DNA from: an uncultured Micavibrio sp.
GTDB taxonomy: Bacteria; Pseudomonadota; Alphaproteobacteria; Micavibrionales; Micavibrionaceae
DNA: 64,000 nucleotides
Assembly: GCA_965231165.1 (NCBI GenBank)
Contig: OZ246421.1
Span: forward strand, 2,300,755-2,364,754
Reading direction: 5' to 3'
The first letter of the stretch is position 1. Each line of letters begins with the position of its first letter. Position numbers and translations under genes: made by a program. Below, piece by piece: positions 29,210 through 37,082 of this stretch. The notes below the pieces were generated by a model that was given only the letters and a program-made list of their open reading frames with translations, did no database searches and was not told the origin of the DNA.

Positions 29210-29998
29210 TCATTTATGCTTTGGGATTTTTTCAGGACGGCCCGGGTCTTTGGCCTGATCGGTGTTGGCCGGATTTTTTGTTGTCCAGGCCGGGCTGGTG
29301 GCCAGCTTGATCATGCCGGGCAGTCTTTCGAAATTTGTGAAGGCCGTTAAAACGCCAGCCTGCGCGAAGCGGAAGACTTTCTTGGTGCTGTCGGCAAAGC
29401 CCATAAAGACTGCCTTGTTTTCGCGGGCGGCCTCAAAATCGGAGATCGTATCGCCGATGACAATCGTGACGGGATTTTTGGCATTGCCATGTGCCGCTTT
29501 CATCAGAGATGTCATTTGTGCGGCCTTCAGCGCTTGTGAATCTTTGCCGTCGTCTGCTTGATTGTCTTTGGCCCTGATCATGTCTTCCGGGAAAAATTCT
29601 TCTAGCTTATGGTAGCGCAACTGATTGAGGGCGGCATCTTTGCGTGTGCCTGTATATAGCCCGAGCGTATAGCCTTGTGCCTTCAGGTCAGCGAGTGTTT
29701 CACGCACATGCGGGTATAATTTCTCAACCCAGTCTTTTTCATGCAGCAGCGCATCGCAGAAATTATTGCAGCTTTGCATGAATTCGGGAATTTTTTCGGC
29801 GGACAGATCGGGCGAGTGGATATTGATGATCTCTTTCAGGTTGCGCTGCCCCAGCTCGTTCAGAATGTCGCGTGAGGCCGGTACGGCGATCTTGAATTCC
29901 TCGGCGATTTTTATATAAGCCTGCGCATAGCGCGGCCCCGCATCCGTAATGGTGGATACGAGGTCGAAAAGCACCAGAGGTTTCGCATTCTTGGACAT
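29210..29998 (-). CDS. HAD-like hydrolase (262 aa)
   Basis: LFDLVSTITD (DxV/DxD-like motif I) and IVIGDTISD motif IV. I chose ATG 29998 as the start to avoid overlapping sodC. Confidence 0.65.
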   Translation of the reverse strand: MSKNAKPLVLFDLVSTITDAGPRYAQAYIKIAEEFKIAVPASRDILNELGQRNLKEIINIHSPDLSAEKIPEFMQSCNNFCDALLHEKDWVEKLYPHVRETLADLKAQGYTLGLYTGTRKDAALNQLRYHKLEEFFPEDMIRAKDNQADDGKDSQALKAAQMTSLMKAAHGNAKNPVTIVIGDTISDFEAARENKAVFMGFADSTKKVFRFAQAGVLTAFTNFERLPGMIKLATSPAWTTKNPANTDQAKDPGRPEKIPKHK

Positions 29999-30056
29999 GG
30001 CCGCAATATAGGGCGTGTCGTGTTTTTCGGCAAGTTTTCTGGCCATCCGGCTGGTA

Positions 30057-30578
30057 TCAGGGGGTTTTTGCCGCAGAAATGACGCCGCAGGCCACGCGGC
30101 CACCGGCGTTGCCTGTGGGTTGCGTGGTGTTATCGTCGGGACCGGCGTGTACCATCAGGGCGGAACCATCCATATCGTTCAAATCCTTGGCTTCCATTTC
30201 TTCGGTGTAGAATTCAGCTTTGCCGGTGCCGTTTTCGTGTACCCAGAGGTTGGGCAGGTCGCCGTCATGGGGGCCATTTTCTGTCAGGAAGCCGTGCGTC
30301 TGGTTGGTTTCTGCCGCATGGCCGCCAGATTTGGCGAAATGTGCGGTGTGGTCGGAGCAGTCACCCTTGGCATGGATATGCACACCGTGCCAGCCGGGTG
30401 TCAGTCCTTCGACTTCGACCTGGACCATAGTGCCGTCAGGTGCGTTTGTCACCAGCGCAGAACCTGTTTTTGTGCCATCCGCGCCCAGCAGATCGATGGT
30501 GTTTGTTTGCGCCAGGGCGGGAATCGCCACGCCCATCATTACCAAAGTGATAATTGATAATGATGTTTGTTTCAGCAT
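30057..30578 (-). CDS. sodC: periplasmic Cu,Zn superoxide dismutase
   Basis: Signal peptide, then GWHGVHIHAKGDC, GGHAAE and HAGPDD...GNAGGRVACGVI. Confidence 0.93.
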   Translation of the reverse strand: MLKQTSLSIITLVMMGVAIPALAQTNTIDLLGADGTKTGSALVTNAPDGTMVQVEVEGLTPGWHGVHIHAKGDCSDHTAHFAKSGGHAAETNQTHGFLTENGPHDGDLPNLWVHENGTGKAEFYTEEMEAKDLNDMDGSALMVHAGPDDNTTQPTGNAGGRVACGVISAAKTP

Positions 30579-30697
30579 GGCAGCGTTCCTTTTTCAGAGT
30601 TCTATTTACAAAGTCGGAATGATTGTAGGTGGCTTCCCGGAAAAAGCAATCGGACGCCGCCTGTGTAGGCAGAGCATACGACCGTGTAGAAAGGGTT

Positions 30698-31177
30698 TTA
30701 GCGGCGGCCGGGTTTTTCGTGCCTTTCCGGCTTTTGCTGTTTGCCGGGTGTGGAGGCTGCTTGCGACAGGACGTGGGCGCGGTGCATGTTTTCGTTGCGG
30801 TCGCTGGTCAGCTGGAAAGCGACGGTGCCCAGACGGGCTTTGGCTTCCATCGCGGCGGAAAAGGCGCATTGCAGTTCATGCGCGCTGCCATCACGGTTTT
30901 TCTTCGGTAGCTGGCCTTTTTCGATGATATTCAGCGATGACTGGCAATCCATGTGGATATGCGCGTTGGTGCCGGGGGGCAGCGTGTTCATCGCGTGTGC
31001 GGCGGCGGCCAGTTCGGCAATTTCGGAGCCGTATTTCAGGGAGTCCTGCAATTTCGGCAGCGTCAGATATTGTTCTTCCACCTGACCGTCCACATGCTTG
31101 ATCACCCATCCTGCGCCTGACGTTTTGTGGGCTTCGCGGAAACTGCCGTCGCACCAGATGTTTGCTGCTTTTTTCAT
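30698..31177 (-). CDS. RNase H-like (RVT_3-type) domain protein with basic C-terminal tail
   Basis: WCDGS (Asp1), SEIAELAA (Glu) and HMDCQS (Asp) resemble the RNase HI core. The last acidic position appears to be His (RAHVLS). Confidence 0.6.
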   Translation of the reverse strand: MKKAANIWCDGSFREAHKTSGAGWVIKHVDGQVEEQYLTLPKLQDSLKYGSEIAELAAAAHAMNTLPPGTNAHIHMDCQSSLNIIEKGQLPKKNRDGSAHELQCAFSAAMEAKARLGTVAFQLTSDRNENMHRAHVLSQAASTPGKQQKPERHEKPGRR

Positions 31178-31209
31178 CTCTTATTTTTACTCCCTGTTGG
31201 CTGTGTTCG

Positions 31210-31293
31210 TCAAATTCCGGCGGAGGCGGCCCTTGAAATCTGGTGTGCCTGACGGAAGCTGCCATCACACCAGATTTCGGTTTTGTTTTCCAT
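31210..31293 (-). pseudogene. truncated tandem duplicate of the 5' end of the RNase H-like gene
   Basis: MENKTEIWCDGSFRQAHQIS... (27 codons then TGA). About 40 nt closely match the first codons of the gene at 31135-31177. Confidence 0.55.
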
Positions 31294-31379
31294 ACAGTCG
31301 TTATGAGGCTTGTGCGGCGCGGCTGTCAAACTAATTGGCGCGTGTTGACAGATTTTGCGGCGCGGCACAAAGTTTCTCC

Positions 31380-33053
31380 ATGAAACAGATATCCCCGCTG
31401 CTTGTGCCCGTTTTGTGGTTTGTGTCGTTCTTCTTCAGCCTGCCGCTGATCGAGCCTTATGAGGTATCGCGGTTGCTGGCGCTGGGTGCGGCGGTGCTGG
31501 CGCTGGGCGTTGTTCTGGCTGATCCTTTGAACCGAGCGGCTTCGCTGACTGTGACGCCGCTGGTGGTACTGGTGAGTGCCTTTCTTTTGTGGTGCGGCCT
31601 GACTTTTTTCTGGTCGCTGTCGCCGTTCGTGACGATCATCGCCTGGGGCACGTTGTGCCTGTTGCCGCTGTGGTATCTGATATTCGCACTGCTGCCGCTG
31701 ACACAGGCGCAGATTATGCTGGCGCTACGGCTGGCGGTGCTGGCCACGACTTTGCTGGCGCTATGGGCGCTGGTGCAGTTCTTCCTGCTGCCGCAATTTC
31801 TCAACGCTAACGGCAGCATCCGTTACCCGTTCGCCGATCCAAATAATTATGCGGGCCTTTTGAATATGGGTTTGTTTACGGCGCTGGGTTTGCTGTTCAG
31901 CACGGATAAGAAGCAAACGCGTTTGCTGATGACGTTGTGCGGCGTGGTGATGATGGTGGCGCTGGTGCTGATCGGCAGCCGTATGGCGATGCTTGTCTCC
32001 TTCTCGGTGCTGATTATGTTTGCGTTGCTGGCGCGGCGGTCTGCGGGTTTTAGCGGCAAGGTGGTGCTGGCGGTGTTTGTGGCGGGACTGGTGACGCTTG
32101 CCGTCTCAGGCCTGTTTAATACCGGACGCCTGACCAGCATTGAACGGGCTGCCGATCTGACATCGATCAGCGAGGATAAAAGCGTTTCCGCGCGCATGAT
32201 GATCTGGGAATCGACAATGGATATCATAGATCAGCGCGCTATGACGGGATCGGGGCTGGGGACGTTTTACCTGATGTATCCGGCGGTGCGCGATCCAGCG
32301 GAAATCTATTCATCGGGTTTGATGGCGCATGCCGATCCACTGCAATTCTGGGCCGAGGCCGGATTGCCCGCCATGATCTTGCTCTATGCGATCCTGATTG
32401 CATTGCTGGCGGGCTTTTTAAAGTTTTTGAAACTAGATGACAGGAACCGTGTGCTGGTGGTGGCGTTGTTTTGCGCGCTACTGACGTTGGCGCTGCACAT
32501 GCATGTCACGTTCCATCTATTTGTGGCTTCGCTGTTGACGCTGTCAGGATTGCTGATGGGGGTGCTGGTGCGCCTGCTGCCGCCGGGCAGGAAACTGCTG
32601 AGCTGTCGCGTTGGTTGGTTGACGATAGATTTGTTCCTGCTGGCGGTGTTTTTGGTAGTGTTCCAGAGCTGTCTGTTCAGCGAAATGCATGCGCGGCAAG
32701 GTGTTGAAGCGATGAACCGGGGCGATGTGCCGGGTTTCTCCGCCAAAATCAATCAAGCCGGACAGGAAGGTTTCGGCCTGAACCCGCGTCCTTATATTCT
32801 GGCGGCCAGCATTCCGATGGGCATATTGCAGACTTCGACTTTGCCGCCGGATGAGCGTGAAAAACTTTTCCGCCAGGCGGATGGCTTGTTGGACCGGGGG
32901 CTGGCGCTTTCGCCGGTGAATGCGGGTGCTTACTTTTCCAAGGCGCTTTTATATGGGGCGATGGGGCGTTCTGATGAATCCCGGCAATTTCTGGAGCAAG
33001 CCCTGAAAATCGATCCCCGCCATGCACAGGCGCGGCAAATGCTGGGGCGTTAA
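31380..33053 (+). CDS. O-antigen ligase (Wzy_C) family membrane protein with C-terminal TPR domain
   Basis: Polytopic membrane protein with PFADPNNYAG and MAHADPLQFWAEAG motifs. The soluble C-terminus is TPR-like. Start is ATG 31380 (MKQISPLL). Confidence 0.8.
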   Translation: MKQISPLLVPVLWFVSFFFSLPLIEPYEVSRLLALGAAVLALGVVLADPLNRAASLTVTPLVVLVSAFLLWCGLTFFWSLSPFVTIIAWGTLCLLPLWYLIFALLPLTQAQIMLALRLAVLATTLLALWALVQFFLLPQFLNANGSIRYPFADPNNYAGLLNMGLFTALGLLFSTDKKQTRLLMTLCGVVMMVALVLIGSRMAMLVSFSVLIMFALLARRSAGFSGKVVLAVFVAGLVTLAVSGLFNTGRLTSIERAADLTSISEDKSVSARMMIWESTMDIIDQRAMTGSGLGTFYLMYPAVRDPAEIYSSGLMAHADPLQFWAEAGLPAMILLYAILIALLAGFLKFLKLDDRNRVLVVALFCALLTLALHMHVTFHLFVASLLTLSGLLMGVLVRLLPPGRKLLSCRVGWLTIDLFLLAVFLVVFQSCLFSEMHARQGVEAMNRGDVPGFSAKINQAGQEGFGLNPRPYILAASIPMGILQTSTLPPDEREKLFRQADGLLDRGLALSPVNAGAYFSKALLYGAMGRSDESRQFLEQALKIDPRHAQARQMLGR

Positions 33054-33180
33054 GGGTTTTCCACAGGATTATGGGTAAATCACTGACTCGGGGGTGGTTT
33101 TCCGGAGTCCGATATGTCACTTAAGGGGTGCGTATAAACCTCCTTGATTCGCAGAGCCTTCTTCTGCCAGTAATAGTGCC

Positions 33181-33681
33181 ATGAGCGACGACGAAGACAT
33201 CCTCCGTTATGACAGAATGGTCGAACAAGCCCTGCGCGGCGTTGTCCGTCAGGCCGTCAAGGAAGTGATCGACAGCAAGAACAAGCTGCCGGGCAATCAC
33301 AATTTCTATATCACCTTTATGACCGATTATCCGGGCGTGGAAATTCCTGAATATCTGCGCGACCGTTATCCGGGCGAAATGACCATCGTTCTGCAATACC
33401 AGTTCTACGACCTGTTCGTCGATGCCGAGAAAATGGGCGTTACGCTGTCGTTCAACAATGTGCTTGAGCGTTTGCAGATTCCGCTGGGCGCGATCACTAT
33501 TTTTGCCGATCCTTCGGTAAATTTTGCGCTGCAGTTCCAGCCGCTGGGCGATGAAGGGCCGGATGATTTCGATCCTGATACCGAGCCTTCGGATGACGAC
33601 GGCGACGAAGAAAAAGCGCCGAAGAAATCCGGCAGCAAATCCGGCGAAGTCGTTTCCCTCGACCAGTTCCGGAAGAAATAA
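33181..33681 (+). CDS. sspB: ClpXP adaptor SspB, alphaproteobacterial type (stringent starvation protein B family)
   Basis: LRYDRMVEQALRGVVR...HNFYITFMTDYPGVEIPEYLRDRYPGEMTIVLQYQF, followed by an acidic C-terminal tail. Confidence 0.8.
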   Translation: MSDDEDILRYDRMVEQALRGVVRQAVKEVIDSKNKLPGNHNFYITFMTDYPGVEIPEYLRDRYPGEMTIVLQYQFYDLFVDAEKMGVTLSFNNVLERLQIPLGAITIFADPSVNFALQFQPLGDEGPDDFDPDTEPSDDDGDEEKAPKKSGSKSGEVVSLDQFRKK

Positions 33682-33684
33682 GCA

Positions 33685-34623
33685 ATGTACCGCGACGATA
33701 TTTCCCCCGACCATGAACCGCACAAGGTTCTGATGGCGCGGGGGGATTTTATTGATCCGGCGCGCGATCATCGCCGTGTTCCCTATAAGATTTATTATCC
33801 TGCCGATATTACGGATCGTGTGCCTGTGGTGATCTGGTCGCATGGTCTGGGTGGCAGCCGTGACGGCGCCGGTTTTATTTCGCGTTACCTCGCGTCGCAT
33901 GGCTACGTGATCGTGCATGTCCAACATCTGGGCACCGATAGCGGATTGTGGGAAGGCAAACCGGGGCATCCATGGGATGTGATCCGCAATACGCCTTACA
34001 GTTTCGATGATGTCGTCAATCGCTACCGCGATATTCCGTTTGTACTGGATCAGTTGCCGTCATGGACGGCTGACAACTCGGGGATTGGTCAGCACATGGA
34101 TTTGTCAGTATTGGGCATGTCCGGACATTCGTTTGGCGCCAGCACAACGCAGATCATGGCGGGGCAATCGTTCGGCAAGGCAGGGCATTTGCAACGTATG
34201 AAAGAACAGCGTTTTCGTGCTGGCATTTTGTACAGCCCGGTGCCCAGTGCCAACACGGAAAGTCCACGCGAAGAGATCTATGGCACCATCGATCTGCCGT
34301 TGTTTCACATGACGGGCACGGACGATACCAGTCCGATTGAAGGTTTTGGTTACGAACAACGGCTGGACGTCTCGCGCTATAGCGGCGGGCCGGAGCAGGC
34401 GCTACTGATTTTAAACGGCGGCGATCACATGGTTTATAACGGCAGCCGTGGTCAACTGGGCGATAACCCAAAACGCAAAGACCATGAGAGTATCATCAAG
34501 GTGGCGGCGCTGGCTTACTGGGATGCTTATCTCAAGAATGATAAATCCGCCCGTGATTGGCTGCTGGGCGGCGGTTTTGCCGACTGGCTCAATGGACAGG
34601 GAACGTACAGTTTCAGAGCCTGA
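33685..34623 (+). CDS. alpha/beta hydrolase (dienelactone hydrolase / PAF-acetylhydrolase-like)
   Basis: VVIWSHGLGGSRD, the nucleophile elbow GHSFGA, and a C-terminal GGDH motif. Confidence 0.75.
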   Translation: MYRDDISPDHEPHKVLMARGDFIDPARDHRRVPYKIYYPADITDRVPVVIWSHGLGGSRDGAGFISRYLASHGYVIVHVQHLGTDSGLWEGKPGHPWDVIRNTPYSFDDVVNRYRDIPFVLDQLPSWTADNSGIGQHMDLSVLGMSGHSFGASTTQIMAGQSFGKAGHLQRMKEQRFRAGILYSPVPSANTESPREEIYGTIDLPLFHMTGTDDTSPIEGFGYEQRLDVSRYSGGPEQALLILNGGDHMVYNGSRGQLGDNPKRKDHESIIKVAALAYWDAYLKNDKSARDWLLGGGFADWLNGQGTYSFRA

Positions 34624-34692
34624 TCCCCCTTTGGGCCATTTCTCAATAATTTTACGTATTTTTTTGTTGCGCAGGCCTGTATTTTATCATTA

Positions 34693-34711
34693 TGTAATAT
34701 CGAATATTACA
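34693..34711. promoter_or_regulatory. perfect 19-bp palindrome TGTAATAT-CGA-ATATTACA (candidate operator)
   Basis: 8-bp perfect arms, 28 nt upstream of ATG 34739, in an AT-rich intergenic region. Confidence 0.4.
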
Positions 34712-34738
34712 CAGTCTGATTTTAAAGGGGACGTGGCC

Positions 34739-35413
34739 ATGGGTCTGGACAATGCGAAAATAAAAGCGCGTGAAGTTGCTAAGAGCGCTTCCTCTTCCTC
34801 GGACTCTGTCCTTCCGGGGGTGGCCGTGTTTAGCGGCATTTATGCTTATGTTACTGTGCCTGCTTTCACTGCACTTCATGCCGCTATGGTCGGGGGTGGC
34901 ACGGCCTTTATGGCTGTTGTTCATACGTTTGGTGGGGCGCTGGGTGGCAGTGCGCTTTTTGCTGTAGCGGGTGCTGCGCTGGGTGGTATTGCAGGATTTT
35001 TTTTCGGCCAGAGCAAGGGCAAGGAATATGCCGAGAAGGCCACAAAATCTGAAATGGACCAATTGATCATCGATAAGGTTTCTTCTGGTAAGCAAGTTTC
35101 CGATGAGGACAGGCAGACACTGTCTAGTAAAATCGATCAGAAAAGAAAAAGCCTTGTTCTCGACGAAGTAAAAACGACAGCGGCAGCTAGCGCTTTGGTG
35201 GGGGGCTGTTCCGGTTTAGTGCTGGGCGGCATATTCGGCTTAGTGTCGGGCGTCTATAATGGTTATACGGAAGCCCGCGATGATATTCTTGCCGGTATTC
35301 AGGCGAAAGAAAAAGCGGCTGCGGCTGTAATGCAGGCACCTCAGAGCAATCGGGCCGAAGTGGATAAGGTAGTCCTGCGCGTTGAGCGCCCGCTCCCGTA
35401 CCTGCGAAAATAA
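34739..35413 (+). CDS. hypothetical membrane protein with glycine-zipper-like TM segments
   Basis: I moved the start to ATG 34739 (MGLDNAKIK). Carries GGALGGSALFAVAGAALGGIAGFFFG and GGCSGLVLGGIFGLVSG segments. Confidence 0.55.
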   Translation: MGLDNAKIKAREVAKSASSSSDSVLPGVAVFSGIYAYVTVPAFTALHAAMVGGGTAFMAVVHTFGGALGGSALFAVAGAALGGIAGFFFGQSKGKEYAEKATKSEMDQLIIDKVSSGKQVSDEDRQTLSSKIDQKRKSLVLDEVKTTAAASALVGGCSGLVLGGIFGLVSGVYNGYTEARDDILAGIQAKEKAAAAVMQAPQSNRAEVDKVVLRVERPLPYLRK

Positions 35414-35432
35414 AATCCTCTTGCAGGACTGA

Positions 35433-36026
35433 TCAGGGTTTAATCTTCGCCAGTTGGGCTTCAATTTCTTTCTTCAATTCATCCGACCCCGGTTTGGTGA
35501 GTGAGGCGTAAGAGCCGATTAGTGCCCCATCCGGTCCGACCAGATATTTGTGGAAATTCCAGCGCGGTTTGCTGTTCAACAAGCCGCCTTTGCCCTGTGC
35601 CGCCGCCCATTTATAGAACGGGTGGGCGTCCGCGCCGGTGACGGCGATTTTTTCCGTCATCGGGAAATTGATCGCGAAATTCATCGTGCAGAATTCCTTG
35701 ATTTCCTTGTTGCTGCCCGGTTCCTGCCCGCCGAAATCGTTGGCCGGGACGCCGATTACGACCAGTCCCTTGTCCTTATAGGCGTCGTAGAGTGTTTGCA
35801 GGCCTTCATATTGCGGTGTGAAGCCGCAGCGCGAGGCGGTATTGACCACCAGCAGCACTTTGTTTTTGTAGGCGGAGAGGGGCAGAGGGGTGCCGTCGAT
35901 GGCGGTGAATTCAAAATCATAGGCGGTCTGCTTTGACCCGTCCTGCGCCCGGGCTTGCGGGGTGGCCAGTCCGAAAACGGTCAGAAATCCGGCGATCACG
36001 GCCAAGGTTAATGATGTGGCGGGCAT
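35433..36026 (-). CDS. glutathione peroxidase (exported)
   Basis: Signal peptide, then NTASRCGFTPQYEGLQ and WNFHKYLV motifs. Confidence 0.9.
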   Translation of the reverse strand: MPATSLTLAVIAGFLTVFGLATPQARAQDGSKQTAYDFEFTAIDGTPLPLSAYKNKVLLVVNTASRCGFTPQYEGLQTLYDAYKDKGLVVIGVPANDFGGQEPGSNKEIKEFCTMNFAINFPMTEKIAVTGADAHPFYKWAAAQGKGGLLNSKPRWNFHKYLVGPDGALIGSYASLTKPGSDELKKEIEAQLAKIKP

Positions 36027-36111
36027 AATTCCTCTCTATCTGCAAGGCATTCATCTATTGCCTTTACGAACACAGTATCTATGTGGATGATGGCAATGAA
36101 AAGGCAGGTCC

Positions 36112-37056
36112 ATGACAGATTTAGCAATCGATATCCGTGATTTAAATAAAACCTACCGTCCACGCGGCAAGGGGCGTTCTGCCGAGAAAATCGCCCTGCG
36201 CGATGTGAGCTTGCAAATTCCCAAGGGTTCGATCTTTGGCCTGCTCGGACCGAACGGGGCGGGGAAATCGACCATCATCAATATTATGGCTGGTCTGGTG
36301 AACAAGAGCGCGGGCACAGTCAATATCTGGGGTATCGATATTGATAAAGATCCGCGCAGCGCCAAGGCCGCCATCGGCGTGGTGCCGCAGGAACTGAATT
36401 TCGATCCGTTTTTCACGCCCGCGCAACTGCTGGATATTCAGGCTGGAATGTACGGTGTGCCGAAAGCGGAGCGGCGCACGATGGACATCCTGAAAATGAT
36501 GGGGCTGGAAGATAAAGCGGGCGCTTATACCCGCACCCTTTCCGGGGGCATGCGTCGCCGCCTGATGGTGGCCAAGGCCATGGTGCATAATCCGCCGATA
36601 TTGGTGCTGGATGAACCGACTGCCGGGGTCGATGTCGAACTGCGCCAGCAATTGTGGGAAAATGTCAGGCTTTTGAACAAGCAGGGCGTAACAATATTGC
36701 TTACTACGCATTATCTTGAGGAAGCGCAGGAACTTTGCGACACCATAGCCATTATTAATCATGGAAGGGTTGTCGCGTGTGAGGAAAAGGAGACCCTGCT
36801 GGCGCGTGTTGAAACCAAGGAAATTCATTTCCGGCTGGATCGCCCGATTGATGAAACATTTACGCCGGAACTGGCAAAATTCCATCCTGAACAACAGGGC
36901 CGCCGTACGCTGGTCGTGCGCTACAGCCCGAAAGAACAGGATGCGGGCGCGATCATTCAGGCCGTGCAGAATGCGGGTTACGGGATCGCCGATATTTCTA
37001 CTGATGAAAGCAATCTGGAAGACGTATTTTTACAACTGACATCAGCTCAAGCTTGA
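36112..37056 (+). CDS. ABC transporter ATP-binding protein (ABC-2/YadG-like)
   Basis: Walker A GPNGAGKST, signature LSGGMRRR and Walker B ILVLDEPT. No permease gene is adjacent. Confidence 0.9.
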   Translation: MTDLAIDIRDLNKTYRPRGKGRSAEKIALRDVSLQIPKGSIFGLLGPNGAGKSTIINIMAGLVNKSAGTVNIWGIDIDKDPRSAKAAIGVVPQELNFDPFFTPAQLLDIQAGMYGVPKAERRTMDILKMMGLEDKAGAYTRTLSGGMRRRLMVAKAMVHNPPILVLDEPTAGVDVELRQQLWENVRLLNKQGVTILLTTHYLEEAQELCDTIAIINHGRVVACEEKETLLARVETKEIHFRLDRPIDETFTPELAKFHPEQQGRRTLVVRYSPKEQDAGAIIQAVQNAGYGIADISTDESNLEDVFLQLTSAQA

Positions 37057-37082
37057 TAGACCTCTTTAAGGGAGTGGGAAAA

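Noticed and set aside
29999-30103. N-terminal extension of the HAD-like ORF into sodC
   Set aside because: It would overlap the 3' end of sodC by 47 nt. ATG 29998 is immediately followed by the HAD motif I region.
33121-33969. 282-aa minus-strand ORF
   Set aside because: It is antisense to sspB and the alpha/beta hydrolase. It has no motifs and an Arg/Ile-rich composition.
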